Source: a virus (lineage: Duplodnaviria > Caudoviricetes). From it: 37,117 nt of DNA. The position numbers and the translations under genes are program-made. The notes below the pieces were generated by a model that saw only the letters and a list, made by a program, of their open reading frames with translations, did not search any database and was not told the origin of the DNA. How positions within the stretch are numbered: the stretch's first letter is position 1; each line of letters starts with the position of its first letter. The stretch spans positions 1 to 37,117 of IMG/VR virus record IMGVR_UViG_3300030606_000365; one strand, 5' to 3'. Positions 1 to 8,197 of this stretch are shown in pieces.

Positions 1-62
1 TCGACGATGCCATCGCGGAACGCGCGGCTGAATCCGTGGGTGCGGAGACGGTGGAGTCTCAT
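1..62 (-). CDS. sbcC: N-terminus of SMC/SbcC(Rad50)-like ATPase (partial, runs off window)
   Basis: ATG at 62 overlaps the upstream stop (ATGA); reads MRLHRLRTHGFSRAFRDGIV, like the first beta-strands of SbcC/AAA_23 proteins; SbcD-like gene lies in the same operon. Confidence 0.55.
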   Translation of the reverse strand, partial: MRLHRLRTHGFSRAFRDGIV

Positions 63-505
63 CGGTCCTCCGGGCACTCGTGACCACGCGTGAGGGCCTC
101 GTAGGCCCACTGCCGCAAGGTGAATTCGTCGGTACAGGGGCGGTCGCCGCCTTCGATCCGCTTGAGCCAGGCCGTGAGCCGCCGCGTCTCGCGGCGCTCC
201 AGCTCCAGCTCGAACGTCGCGCGAGGCAGCATCGACGTCTCGCGGCACTGCGGGCACACCGGGATCGCGAAGCAGTTGGCACGGTCGTACGTGAGCGCCG
301 CGTCCACAAACTGCGTGCGGCACTCCACGCATCCCCAGCCGTCATGCGCTGGCGGCACCTCGATGAGCGTCCCGTCGCAGCTCCGGTCCGGGTGGAAATT
401 CATCGGGCACTGGTCACCCGCCTGCTCCATGCCGTCCAGGAGCGGCGGTTCCCCCGCGGCCGTGAACCGCGACAGGTCGCCGCAGTTGTTGCACTCCAGC
501 TTCAT
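59..505 (-). CDS. Hypothetical Zn-ribbon protein (148 aa)
   Basis: Start MKLECNNC coupled by ATGA to the upstream ORF; CxxC pairs CNNC, CVEC, CPQC. Confidence 0.7.
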   Translation of the reverse strand: MKLECNNCGDLSRFTAAGEPPLLDGMEQAGDQCPMNFHPDRSCDGTLIEVPPAHDGWGCVECRTQFVDAALTYDRANCFAIPVCPQCRETSMLPRATFELELERRETRRLTAWLKRIEGGDRPCTDEFTLRQWAYEALTRGHECPEDR

Positions 506-705
506 GCTGGTACCAACCCTTCCTGCTGGAGGCGTACCCGCGTCATCTTGAGCACGCGCACGGCCTCGATCGAGGCCGCCTCGGCCGTCTCGGCGTACAC
601 CTTCGCTTCGATCTGCACCGTGCCCTTCGCCGTCGTGGCGAGCTTCACGCTGCTCTGCTGCTCTGCCGTGGCGGCCGTCGTCGGCCCGCCCGTCTCCCCG
701 TCCAT
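502..705 (-). CDS. Hypothetical protein (67 aa)
   Basis: Purine-rich RBS (GGGGGGAAG) before ATG; stop overlaps next start; protein-like composition. Confidence 0.7.
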   Translation of the reverse strand: MDGETGGPTTAATAEQQSSVKLATTAKGTVQIEAKVYAETAEAASIEAVRVLKMTRVRLQQEGLVPA

Positions 706-752
706 CGGTCTTCCCCCCTATTCGTTGTCGAACGTGATCGCGTGCTTGGGCA

Positions 753-1253
753 CTAGCGCCGTTGCCTTGCCCTTGAGTGCCGGCTGGTGCCATAGCCCAC
801 CAGCGCAAACGCGCGGTTGTACTTCTTCGCCAGCCGCTCCCGCTCGGTCGCGTCGGGAATCTGCGAGAGGCGGCTCATGTTGTCGATGCAGTCGGCGCGC
901 TTCACCCGCCGAGTGACCGGCTCCCGGCAGACGCGCACGAGGTAGTCGTCGAAGTAGTCCTCGCCCTCACGCCGCGTGAGCCGCCGGACCAGATCGCGGA
1001 TGGTCGACCCGAGCTCCTGCTCGATGACGCGCGCCACCGGATCGTGCCCGACGATGTCGAAGAAAGGCCGATCCGGCGGCGCGAGCTTCGGCCCGTCCTC
1101 GATCGCGTCGTGCAGGAAGCCGACGATGCGATCCAGCGGGTCCGCGAGCTGTTCGCCGACGCGCATGACGTGCCGGATGTACGGCACGCCGCTCTTGTCC
1201 ACCTGGGTCTGGTGCACCGCCCAGGCGATTTGGAGGGCATGGAGCTCCTTCAT
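753..1253 (-). CDS. HD-domain (p)ppGpp hydrolase-like protein (small alarmone hydrolase / Mesh1-like)
   Basis: AHxxQxDKSGxPYIxH-type segment (VHQTQVDKSGVPYIRH), LHDAIED and VKRADCIDN motifs of the RelA/SpoT HD domain; ATGA-coupled to sbcD. Confidence 0.85.
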   Translation of the reverse strand: MKELHALQIAWAVHQTQVDKSGVPYIRHVMRVGEQLADPLDRIVGFLHDAIEDGPKLAPPDRPFFDIVGHDPVARVIEQELGSTIRDLVRRLTRREGEDYFDDYLVRVCREPVTRRVKRADCIDNMSRLSQIPDATERERLAKKYNRAFALVGYGTSRHSRARQRR

Positions 1254-2404
1254 CGGGCGGCCTCGTGCTCCAGCGCCTCGAGCTTCCCGAGCATCCGGTC
1301 GCACGCCTCGGCGCCCGGGGCCGTCTCTCCGAGTGCCTGCCAGTACGCCTGCACTTTCTCGGCCGTGGTGCGTGCCGCGATGATGGCCTCGGAGCGCACG
1401 CGCGACGTCGGCACCGTGCGCCGCTCGATCTTCCAGGCTTCAGCGCCGGCGGCCCGCAAGGTCGTCTCGATGACCGCCATGTCAGCCGTGGCCAGGTGCT
1501 CCTCGGGGATCGTGCAGCGGACGCGAACCTCGGCGCCCTGGACGTCGGGCGCTTCGGCCTGCTCCCAGCGGTCCCCCGTCCAGGTGGCATCGAGCGTGAC
1601 GAAGCGCCGCGACGGCGACGTGCGTATCTGCACCTGCGGTGGCTGGCCCGCTTCGACGTCCACCAGGAGATAGCCCTTCTCGTCCGTCTCCCCGAAGTTC
1701 GAGCGCCACGGGCTGCCGGCATACCAGGCGTTCGCGGCCATCTGCTGCCGGCGATGGATGTGGCCACACGCGACGTAGTCGAACGGCGCGAGGTCGGCCA
1801 CGTCGAGCTCCACCTCCTGCCCCTCACGCATGACCTCGCCGCCGGCGACCAGCGCGTTCTTGACCGTGCCGTGGTAGGCGAGGATCGCGGGGGCGGCGGC
1901 GGTCGTGGGGTCGGCGCGCAGGGCGCGGACGTCGGCGCCCCAGGCGCGTACCTGGTCGGCCAGCGCCGCGGTGGCCGCGGCAATCTGTTCGGTGATCGGC
2001 CCGGCGGCCGGCGCCCGCTGCGGGAACGGCAGCGCGTAGAGGTAGGCCATGCCCCAGCCATCGCCCCCGACCAGCAGCCGTGTCGGCTCCGTCACGGCCA
2101 TGATCGGATGCGTGCCGCGCAGTCGGGCGAAGAGGTCCAGCTCGCCGGCCCCGTCGTGGTTGCCATCGAGCACGAGCACCGGGCCGACGTCGGCCATGCG
2201 CTCGAGGCGCGCCGCAAAGGCATTCCGCTCGGCCGCCACCGTCCGGTACAGCTCCGTCGTGCCAAAGAGGTCGCCCAGCACGAGCCAGACATTCACGTCG
2301 GCCGCGATGGCATCGTCGATGAGCCAGTCGAGCACGGCCAGCCCGTCCTCGAAGCGCGGCCCGAAGGTCAGGTGGATGTCGCCGGTGTGCGCGACGCGGA
2401 TCAC
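1250..2404 (-). CDS. sbcD: SbcD/Mre11-like metallophosphoesterase DNA nuclease
   Basis: Motifs HTGDIH, GDLF, GNHD, CGHIH, YAGS and FGETDEKGY. Confidence 0.92.
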   Translation of the reverse strand: MIRVAHTGDIHLTFGPRFEDGLAVLDWLIDDAIAADVNVWLVLGDLFGTTELYRTVAAERNAFAARLERMADVGPVLVLDGNHDGAGELDLFARLRGTHPIMAVTEPTRLLVGGDGWGMAYLYALPFPQRAPAAGPITEQIAAATAALADQVRAWGADVRALRADPTTAAAPAILAYHGTVKNALVAGGEVMREGQEVELDVADLAPFDYVACGHIHRRQQMAANAWYAGSPWRSNFGETDEKGYLLVDVEAGQPPQVQIRTSPSRRFVTLDATWTGDRWEQAEAPDVQGAEVRVRCTIPEEHLATADMAVIETTLRAAGAEAWKIERRTVPTSRVRSEAIIAARTTAEKVQAYWQALGETAPGAEACDRMLGKLEALEHEAAR

Positions 2405-2538
2405 GACGTCACCCGCAGGAGCAGCGCGGCCAGCATGGCCGTCCCCAGCCCGGTGAGCACGCCTCGCCAGAAGGACGCCGCGCGTACCCGCGCGACCTCC
2501 TCCGGCGAGGCGAAATAGAGCGTGCCGTTGCCCGCCAT
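2401..2538 (-). CDS. Small membrane protein (45 aa)
   Basis: MAGNGTLYFASPEEVARVRAASFWRGVLTGLGTAMLAALLLRVTS; fills the gap exactly, GTGA overlap with sbcD; below the ORF-track cut-off. Confidence 0.65.
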   Translation of the reverse strand: MAGNGTLYFASPEEVARVRAASFWRGVLTGLGTAMLAALLLRVTS

Positions 2539-2539
2539 G

Positions 2540-3544
2540 TCAGCCGTCCGTGCCCGGCTCGGGCTCGTCCTGCCCACCGGCCTCCGTCCACGCCACGATG
2601 GCCTCGTAGTGCTCCCGGGTGATCTGCGTCTTCGACGTGAGGCCGTATTGCGCCTTGATGTGGGCCTTCACCCGCTCGTCCGTCACGTCGTTCTTCTTCG
2701 CGATCATGATGAGCCGCTTGAGCTGCGGCTCGGTGATGAACCGCTGGTCGCCGCTTCCGGCGGCGCCGGTGCCTCGACCGCCGCCGCGCTGCGCCTGCCG
2801 CGATCGCCCCCCGTCGTCGTCTTCCTCGTCGTGGCCCGCTTCGACCAGGAGTCCCGCGGCGCGGGTGACCGAGACGACGGCATCGACGAGGGCGCGCTTC
2901 TTCGCCCGCTTCAGGATGTTGTTGACCTCCGCGAAGATGTCGAGGTTCGGCATGCGGCCGACCTCCTGCTCCGCGATCGCGGTGGCCTCGCTCGAGCCGG
3001 TGGCGAACGCCGTGCCGCACCCGCCGCGATTCTGGTTGCAGTACCACGCCTGCCCTTCGAACTTGCTGCGCAGGAGCGCCGGCTCGTGGCACGCGGGGCA
3101 GACGCGCTGGCCCTGGCGGTAGCGGAACCGCGGTTCGTAGCTGTTCGCGCTGCCGACGCCCGAGCCCACGATGCGGCCCGTCTCGATGTCCACGAGCTCG
3201 ATGCAAAACTCGTAGTGGAAGAGCGGGAAACTGTGCTCACTCGGCTCGGCCCACTGCTCCGTCTTGGCCGTGCAGACCGGCCGCGGGTGCAGATGGAAGA
3301 ACGACGCGAGCTTCTCCGCGCCGGGCTTGAACAACGCCTTCGACTTCGTGCCGGGCACCGTGCCGTAGTCGGCGCCCGACTGCGGCTCGCCCTCGCGCAT
3401 CATGCTCTTGAAGAACGCCTCGACGTTCTCCTGGCGCTTCTTGAACGCCTGGATGTCGTACCGCTCGGCCATCGTGACCGCCGGCACCTGCGGCGCGGCC
3501 GGCGCCTGCTGCGGCGCGGTCGGCAGCGTGTTCGGATCGTTCAT
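2540..3544 (-). CDS. Putative phage single-strand annealing / recombination protein with Zn-ribbon insert
   Basis: LFKPGAEKL, GxGSANSxE and NNILKRAKKRALVDAV segments typical of a phage SSAP-like family; CPAC...C-x5-GC insert; next to SbcCD. Confidence 0.6.
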   Translation of the reverse strand: MNDPNTLPTAPQQAPAAPQVPAVTMAERYDIQAFKKRQENVEAFFKSMMREGEPQSGADYGTVPGTKSKALFKPGAEKLASFFHLHPRPVCTAKTEQWAEPSEHSFPLFHYEFCIELVDIETGRIVGSGVGSANSYEPRFRYRQGQRVCPACHEPALLRSKFEGQAWYCNQNRGGCGTAFATGSSEATAIAEQEVGRMPNLDIFAEVNNILKRAKKRALVDAVVSVTRAAGLLVEAGHDEEDDDGGRSRQAQRGGGRGTGAAGSGDQRFITEPQLKRLIMIAKKNDVTDERVKAHIKAQYGLTSKTQITREHYEAIVAWTEAGGQDEPEPGTDG

Positions 3545-3783
3545 GCCGTTCCTCTCTGCGCACCATCGTCGGTGCGCGTCTGCCAGGGCGGGAGCACGGG
3601 GACCGGCTCCACGCCCTTGTCGAGTGTGACGTTGCGGTTTCGGTGGCTCCCGCAGGAGCCGTCATCGAAGCTCACCCACCAGGCGGCGTGGTCGGGGTTC
3701 ACCCGCGCGTAGCCGCGCTTGCCGTGGACGGTCACGCGATACCAGGCGATGCGACCAGCGCCCGTCACTGGACTCTCCGCCAC
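3541..3783 (-). CDS. Hypothetical protein (80 aa)
   Basis: ATGA-coupled to the downstream gene; overlaps the upstream gene end. Confidence 0.55.
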   Translation of the reverse strand: MAESPVTGAGRIAWYRVTVHGKRGYARVNPDHAAWWVSFDDGSCGSHRNRNVTLDKGVEPVPVLPPWQTRTDDGAQRGTA

Positions 3784-4004
3784 GGCTCGGCGAGGCTCGT
3801 TCGGGTGATCTCACCGTCCAGGTAGAGGCGGCCGAGCATCTCGTCGATGTCGGCCTGCGGCGTGCTGGGGTAGACGGTCCAGATGGCGCCGGCGATCTGC
3901 TCGCTCGTGAGCCCACCCGCGGCGGCCTGGCTGACGAGGCCGAGGCACAGGGTGCGCAGGCCCGCCCGCGAGAGCTTCGTGAAGGCCATCGGGGGCGCGC
4001 TCAT
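3765..4004 (-). CDS. Small winged-helix-like DNA-binding protein (79 aa)
   Basis: GGGAG RBS; GLTSEQIA...IDEMLGRLYLDGEI wHTH-like pattern. Confidence 0.6.
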   Translation of the reverse strand: MSAPPMAFTKLSRAGLRTLCLGLVSQAAAGGLTSEQIAGAIWTVYPSTPQADIDEMLGRLYLDGEITRTSLAEPWRRVQ

Positions 4005-4060
4005 CGGAGGCTCTCCCGCGCAGGTTGCCCGGTCATGCCGGCGTGCAGTAGGGAAAACGC

Positions 4061-4750
4061 ATGCGTAGCCGGGTTCTGATCGTGCCGTTCGTCCTGATGG
4101 CCTGCGCGGCCCATGGGCCGACACTGGAGCTGGAGCTGCCTGGCGTGCCGCCCGGATGCGCCCTCGCAGCTTACCTCGTGGACGGGCCGATTCCTCCCGG
4201 AGAGCGCGGTGTGGCGGACGTCGAGATGGCCGAGGCAAGCTGTCGCCCGGCGGCAGGTCGCAGTCCGGAGGCGGCGGCCCTCCTGGAGCAGCTTGCAGAG
4301 CGAGCCGCCCCCGTGCGCGCGGCAGGTGCGGCGCAGGCCCAGCGCCGCGCCCAGCGCCACGCCCAGCAGCAGCAACACGAACGGGAGCGCCGGGCGGCGG
4401 CAGAACGCCCGCATCGAGAGCACATCGCCCAGCTCACGCCTGCCGAGATCAAGCGCCTGGGCCGTCACTACCAGGTGCGATGCGAAGGGATGCTCGCCGT
4501 TCAGGGCGTGCTGGTCTACGAGTGGGAGGATCCCGCCATTGCCATCGCGCGATCGTGTCGATACGGCCGCATCGCCTTCGAGCTGGCACTCCCCGACGTG
4601 CGGCTGCGCCTCCTGGTGTGTCAAGCGTGCGACCTGGAAGGCGTCAACCGCGCCCCGGCCACCTGCCTGAAAGCCGCCATGCTCGGATGCGAGCCAGGCC
4701 CCGGCGCCAAGGCGCGGGCCGAGCTGCTCGAGCGTCTCCGCGGCGAGTAG
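4061..4750 (+). CDS. Putative lipoprotein (229 aa)
   Basis: Basic N-terminus, hydrophobic core and lipobox-like LMA-C; GC3-rich codon usage; oriented against the surrounding operon. Confidence 0.7.
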   Translation: MRSRVLIVPFVLMACAAHGPTLELELPGVPPGCALAAYLVDGPIPPGERGVADVEMAEASCRPAAGRSPEAAALLEQLAERAAPVRAAGAAQAQRRAQRHAQQQQHERERRAAAERPHREHIAQLTPAEIKRLGRHYQVRCEGMLAVQGVLVYEWEDPAIAIARSCRYGRIAFELALPDVRLRLLVCQACDLEGVNRAPATCLKAAMLGCEPGPGAKARAELLERLRGE

Positions 4751-4755
4751 ACCTG

Positions 4756-4890
4756 TCATCGGAACACCGGCGCCACGTAGGCGTCCCACGTCGTGATGGC
4801 CAGGATCACCAGGCCGATCACCGTCCAAGCCGCCGCGAGCTGGATGCCGATGTCCAGCAGCGGGGTCGCCGATCTTCGTCTCGTCGTCAT
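4756..4890 (-). CDS. Small single-pass membrane protein (44 aa)
   Basis: MTTRRRSATPLLDIGIQLAAAWTVIGLVILAITTWDAYVAPVFR; ATG sits at the predicted +1 of a consensus promoter. Confidence 0.65.
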   Translation of the reverse strand: MTTRRRSATPLLDIGIQLAAAWTVIGLVILAITTWDAYVAPVFR

Positions 4891-4896
4891 GAGTCC

Positions 4897-4925
4897 ACGG
4901 TAGTGGGGTCGGCTCACCATGTCAA
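4897..4925 (-). promoter_or_regulatory. Leftward sigma70-type promoter
   Basis: TTGACA (4925-4920), 17-bp spacer, TACCGT (4902-4897); ATG at 4890 implies a leaderless mRNA. Confidence 0.7.
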
Positions 4926-4928
4926 GTC

Positions 4929-4940
4929 ACCTGTACAGGT
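4929..4940. promoter_or_regulatory. Putative operator palindrome ACCTGTACAGGT
   Basis: Perfect 12-bp inverted repeat between the two divergent -35 boxes. Confidence 0.55.
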
Positions 4941-4970
4941 CACCACGCCAGCCGGGCTGGCCCGCGAACC

Positions 4971-5000
4971 TTGACGGGTGAGGGAGTGCTCGGCTACGCT
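4971..5000 (+). promoter_or_regulatory. Rightward sigma70-type promoter
   Basis: TTGACG (4971-4976), 18-bp spacer, TACGCT (4995-5000); ATG at 5008 implies a leaderless mRNA. Confidence 0.6.
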
Positions 5001-5007
5001 CGCGCGC

Positions 5008-5253
5008 ATGGCGCGTACGCGACGCAGCGGGGGGAAGGCGGGGTCCGTCCTGACCGAGACGATCGAGCGGCTGGGCGGCGCGCGCGCGGCCGCCGCGACC
5101 GGCGGCATCTGGGCGCAGAGCGTCTACGACATGAAGCGCCGCAACGATGGCGTGCCCTCGTTGCGCGTCGCCGTCGGGTGGGCCGACGCGCTCGAACCCG
5201 ACGATCCGGCAGCGTGGCAGCGCCTCGTGCGGGCGCTGGTGCCGCGCGGGTAG
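5008..5253 (+). CDS. Cro-like HTH regulator (81 aa)
   Basis: IERLGGARAAAATGGIWAQSVYDMKRR...VPSLRVA, a Cro/YdaS-like HTH pattern. Confidence 0.65.
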   Translation: MARTRRSGGKAGSVLTETIERLGGARAAAATGGIWAQSVYDMKRRNDGVPSLRVAVGWADALEPDDPAAWQRLVRALVPRG

Positions 5254-5263
5254 GGTCACGGCC

Positions 5264-5437
5264 GCGCCGATGACCCTGTGAACGGCGGAACTCACCGTCG
5301 TGGACGAAATGGGCCAGGCCGCGGCGGGTTCGTACTGCACGCTCAAGGTGGTCGAGATCCCCGACGACGTGCAGTGGCAGATCGAGGAGTATGACGGCCA
5401 TGAATGGGTGGCCGAGCGGCATCGGACGTGGGCCTGA
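5264..5437 (+). pseudogene. Remnant of a widespread phage hypothetical protein
   Basis: C-terminal LKVVEIPDDVQWQIEEYDGHEWVAERHRTW intact; in-frame stop just upstream and RADDPV in another frame; N-terminal half absent. Confidence 0.55.
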
Positions 5438-5661
5438 CCCCGCACCCCCGCACCGATCCTGCCGCGCTCGTCGGCCTTGCGCGTGCCTCCGACACGTCCG
5501 AAGGGCGACGTCGGGCAGACGTCGTCGTGACGGAGTAGCGAAGCGCCGTGGAGGCTGCGACCGCTCATGCGGCGCGCTACCTAACACGGGTCTAACTGTA
5601 GTTCAACCCCGCTTGTACCGAGGTTGACGTCGCGGCCGAAATCCTCTACACGCCCAGGCTC

Positions 5662-6042
5662 ATGGCGCAGAAGAAGGTGAAGCCGTACGACGAGCGGACC
5701 AACCCGGTGTACCGGGCTATGTTGCGGCTGGGAGGACGGGCCGAGCATCTGGCGGCTCTTTGCGGCGTGACCGCACCCGCCGTGCAGAAGTGGCTCGAGG
5801 CCGCACGGGTCCATCGCGGCAGAGACGCTATCGTCATCGCGCGGGCGTTGCTCGCCGCCGGAACGCCGATCTCAATCGAGGAACTCTGCGGCGAGGAGCC
5901 GCTGATGTTCCCGAGTGGCAACGGCGGCGGCCCCAAGGGCCGGAAGGGGGGCACCGTGAACCGATCATGTTGTTCGGCGCATTCCCGCTCTGACCAGTCG
6001 CACCCGGTGGCCCTTCGGCTCGTGCGCCCGCAGGCCGCCTAG
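5662..6042 (+). CDS. Cro/CI-like HTH regulator (126 aa)
   Basis: LGGRAEHLAALCGVTAPAVQKW HTH; TTGACG-17-TACACG upstream (5624-5652). Confidence 0.75.
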   Translation: MAQKKVKPYDERTNPVYRAMLRLGGRAEHLAALCGVTAPAVQKWLEAARVHRGRDAIVIARALLAAGTPISIEELCGEEPLMFPSGNGGGPKGRKGGTVNRSCCSAHSRSDQSHPVALRLVRPQAA

Positions 6043-7002
6043 GGTTGCCAGATGGCGCGTCTCCACCAGCCTGACGCCCCCCACGCCCTGGCGCACCGCC
6101 TGGTCGAGGACGCCCAGCGCCGCCGGCGCGCTGAGTCGCGCGCCGCAGCCGTAGAGATCGAGGGTGATGCTAATCGAGCGGTGGCCGAGCTGCTGCTGGA
6201 CGTACTGCGGCGACGCACCGGCCTCGAGCAGCAGCGTCGCGTAGGTGTGCCGCAGGCAGTGGGCGGTGACACTGCGCGGGAGCCGCGCGGCGTCGGCGGC
6301 CGCCCGGAACCGCTGCGCGCAGGTGTTTCTGGCCCACGGCCGGATGGGTCGCCGGTCGGAAGGGAACAGCCAGCCGGGCTCGGCTATCGCCTGCTCGACG
6401 CACCGCGCGAGCAGCACCACGGCACTCGGCGCCAAGTCCACCCGGCGCCGACTCGTGTGTGTCTTCGGGTCCCCCGTGCCGAGGCGCGTGCCGTGCCAGG
6501 TGCGCTGGACGGTGAGCGTTGCGCCGCGCAGATCGACGTCTGCCGACTGGAGGCCCAGGGCCTCCCCGAGTCGCAGGCCCGTGAGCGCCAGCAGCGCGAA
6601 GACGTCGTGCTGCGGCATGCCCCGTGTCGCCGCGAGCACCGCGGCAAGCTCCACCGCGTCGAGGGCCTTCGGCTCCGGCGCCTCGAACCGAACGAGTCCC
6701 CGCGTGAGCCGGCTGGCCGAGCTCTCTGCGAGCACACCGTCGTCCACGGCGGCGGCGCACATCGTGCCGAGGACCGTGGCGACGCCGCGCACCGTCTGCG
6801 GTCGATACCGGCCAGCCAGCGACGCGATGAGCGTGCGCATGACGGGCCGCGTCAGGGTGCCGAGCGGCACAGCACCGAGGGCCGGCAGGATAAATCGGTC
6901 GAGCGTGCTGCGGTACGTCTCAACCGTGCGTGGTTTCAGGCGCGCCGCTCGGGTCGTCAGGTAGTGCGCGGCGTAGTCGGCCAGCGTGACGTTATTCTCC
7001 AT
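5965..7002 (-). CDS. int: Tyrosine recombinase / phage integrase
   Basis: Catalytic residues in TGLRLGEALGL (R), PKT (K), HCLRH (HxxR), LGH (H), LDLY (Y); SAM-like N-terminal domain; GGAG RBS. Confidence 0.95.
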   Translation of the reverse strand: MENNVTLADYAAHYLTTRAARLKPRTVETYRSTLDRFILPALGAVPLGTLTRPVMRTLIASLAGRYRPQTVRGVATVLGTMCAAAVDDGVLAESSASRLTRGLVRFEAPEPKALDAVELAAVLAATRGMPQHDVFALLALTGLRLGEALGLQSADVDLRGATLTVQRTWHGTRLGTGDPKTHTSRRRVDLAPSAVVLLARCVEQAIAEPGWLFPSDRRPIRPWARNTCAQRFRAAADAARLPRSVTAHCLRHTYATLLLEAGASPQYVQQQLGHRSISITLDLYGCGARLSAPAALGVLDQAVRQGVGGVRLVETRHLATLGGLRAHEPKGHRVRLVRAGMRRTT

Positions 7003-7405
7003 TCGAGTCCCCCACTCCAGAAGACTCGATCTGCCGTATCGCGCGGCATTCGGGTTTGTACGGCGGCGCTGGTCGCGCCGTCAAGAACCCATCTGACACA
7101 GCAGGTGCGAGGCAGCTAGCAAGCTGGAATCAAGATAGACCGCTATGGAAGCAGCGAGTAGCGTCACGGATGACGAAGCGGGCGGCGCGCCGATCGGGGC
7201 GACGCAGCACGGCCGCGGTGCGGTCACGCCACGCGAGGCGCAGCAGGACTGACACAGGACATAGGGGGCGCAAGGGGGGCGCGCACGGACGCGCCAGGAG
7301 GCAGGACGCAGTGAGGCGCGGAGGAGCAGGACGCGGAAGCCGGGACACACGGCGGGTGCATAGTGGGGCTCGCCATGTGTCCAGGGGTGCGGGGGCGGGG
7401 GGCCG

Positions 7406-8197
7406 ATGTCGGTTCGGGTCATGACGCTCGTCTTCCATTCCCGGCTGCCGCCCGGCCCGAAGTACGTGATGCTGGCGCTCGCCGATTGGGCTGCTGACGA
7501 CGGCACGCGCATCTACCCGAAGATCGACGAGGAACTCGCGCCGAAGACATCGCTGTCGCGGGCGACGCTCTACCGGCTGCTCGATCGGCTGAAGAGCATG
7601 GAGCTCCTGCACGAGGTGCGCGCGAGCCGACGCGGTGCAGCACGAGAGTACCGGATCGACCTCGTGAAGCTCTGCGAGTGGGCCCCGGAGCTGAGCTCGG
7701 AGACCGAGAATGGGGTCTCACAGCGAGACAAAAGGGGTCTCAATCTGAGACCCCAACACGGTCCGTTGGGGTCTCAATCTGAGACAAAGGGGTCTCAGCC
7801 TGAGACAAAGGGGTCTCAAATTGAGACCCCACACATATACCGTCAGAAACCATCAGAAACCGTCAAAGGAGAGGGCGCACAACGTGTGCGCCGCACCCGC
7901 TGGCAGGAGCAGGACCTGCCGGCTGACTGGCGGGCGTACGCCATCGAGAAGGGCCTCCCGGCGACCTCGGTGCCGGAGGTGTGGGCGAGCTTCCAGGACT
8001 ACTGGATCGCGACCGGCAAGCCGATGGCCGACTGGAAGCGCACCTGGCAGCGGTGGGTGCGCGAGGAGCTGGCCCGCGGGCGGCACGGCCGTTCGCGCAA
8101 CGGGGCTGCTGCGCAGCAGCCACACGCGGGTCTACGCGATCCCGCGGAGTTCGACCGGGGGATTTGGGACCCCGAGACGGGACAGGTGATTGAATGA
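7406..8197 (+). CDS. Phage replication initiator (N-terminal wHTH, lambda O-like)
   Basis: KYVMLALADWA-DDG-IYP...LSRATLYRLL HTH; internal iteron array; C-terminal FQDYW...DWKRTWQRW; followed by DnaC-like gene. Confidence 0.85.
   Translation: MSVRVMTLVFHSRLPPGPKYVMLALADWAADDGTRIYPKIDEELAPKTSLSRATLYRLLDRLKSMELLHEVRASRRGAAREYRIDLVKLCEWAPELSSETENGVSQRDKRGLNLRPQHGPLGSQSETKGSQPETKGSQIETPHIYRQKPSETVKGEGAQRVRRTRWQEQDLPADWRAYAIEKGLPATSVPEVWASFQDYWIATGKPMADWKRTWQRWVREELARGRHGRSRNGAAAQQPHAGLRDPAEFDRGIWDPETGQVIE
7712..7866. repeat. Replication origin: five palindromic iterons GTCTCA-N3-(T/C)GAGAC plus A-rich repeats
   Basis: Iterons start at 7715, 7737, 7771, 7792, 7813 (spacing 22/34/21/21); followed by ACACATATAC and CCRTCAGAAA repeats. 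Confidence 0.85.

Noticed and set aside
7001-7020. TTCGAGTCCCCCACTCCA resembling a tRNA 3' end (attP core)
   Set aside because: No 5' T-stem partner; on the minus strand it is simply the integrase RBS and start codon.
7712-7830. Cluster of BsaI sites (GGTCTC/GAGACC) suggesting synthetic DNA
   Set aside because: They are the cores of natural palindromic iterons within the initiator reading frame.
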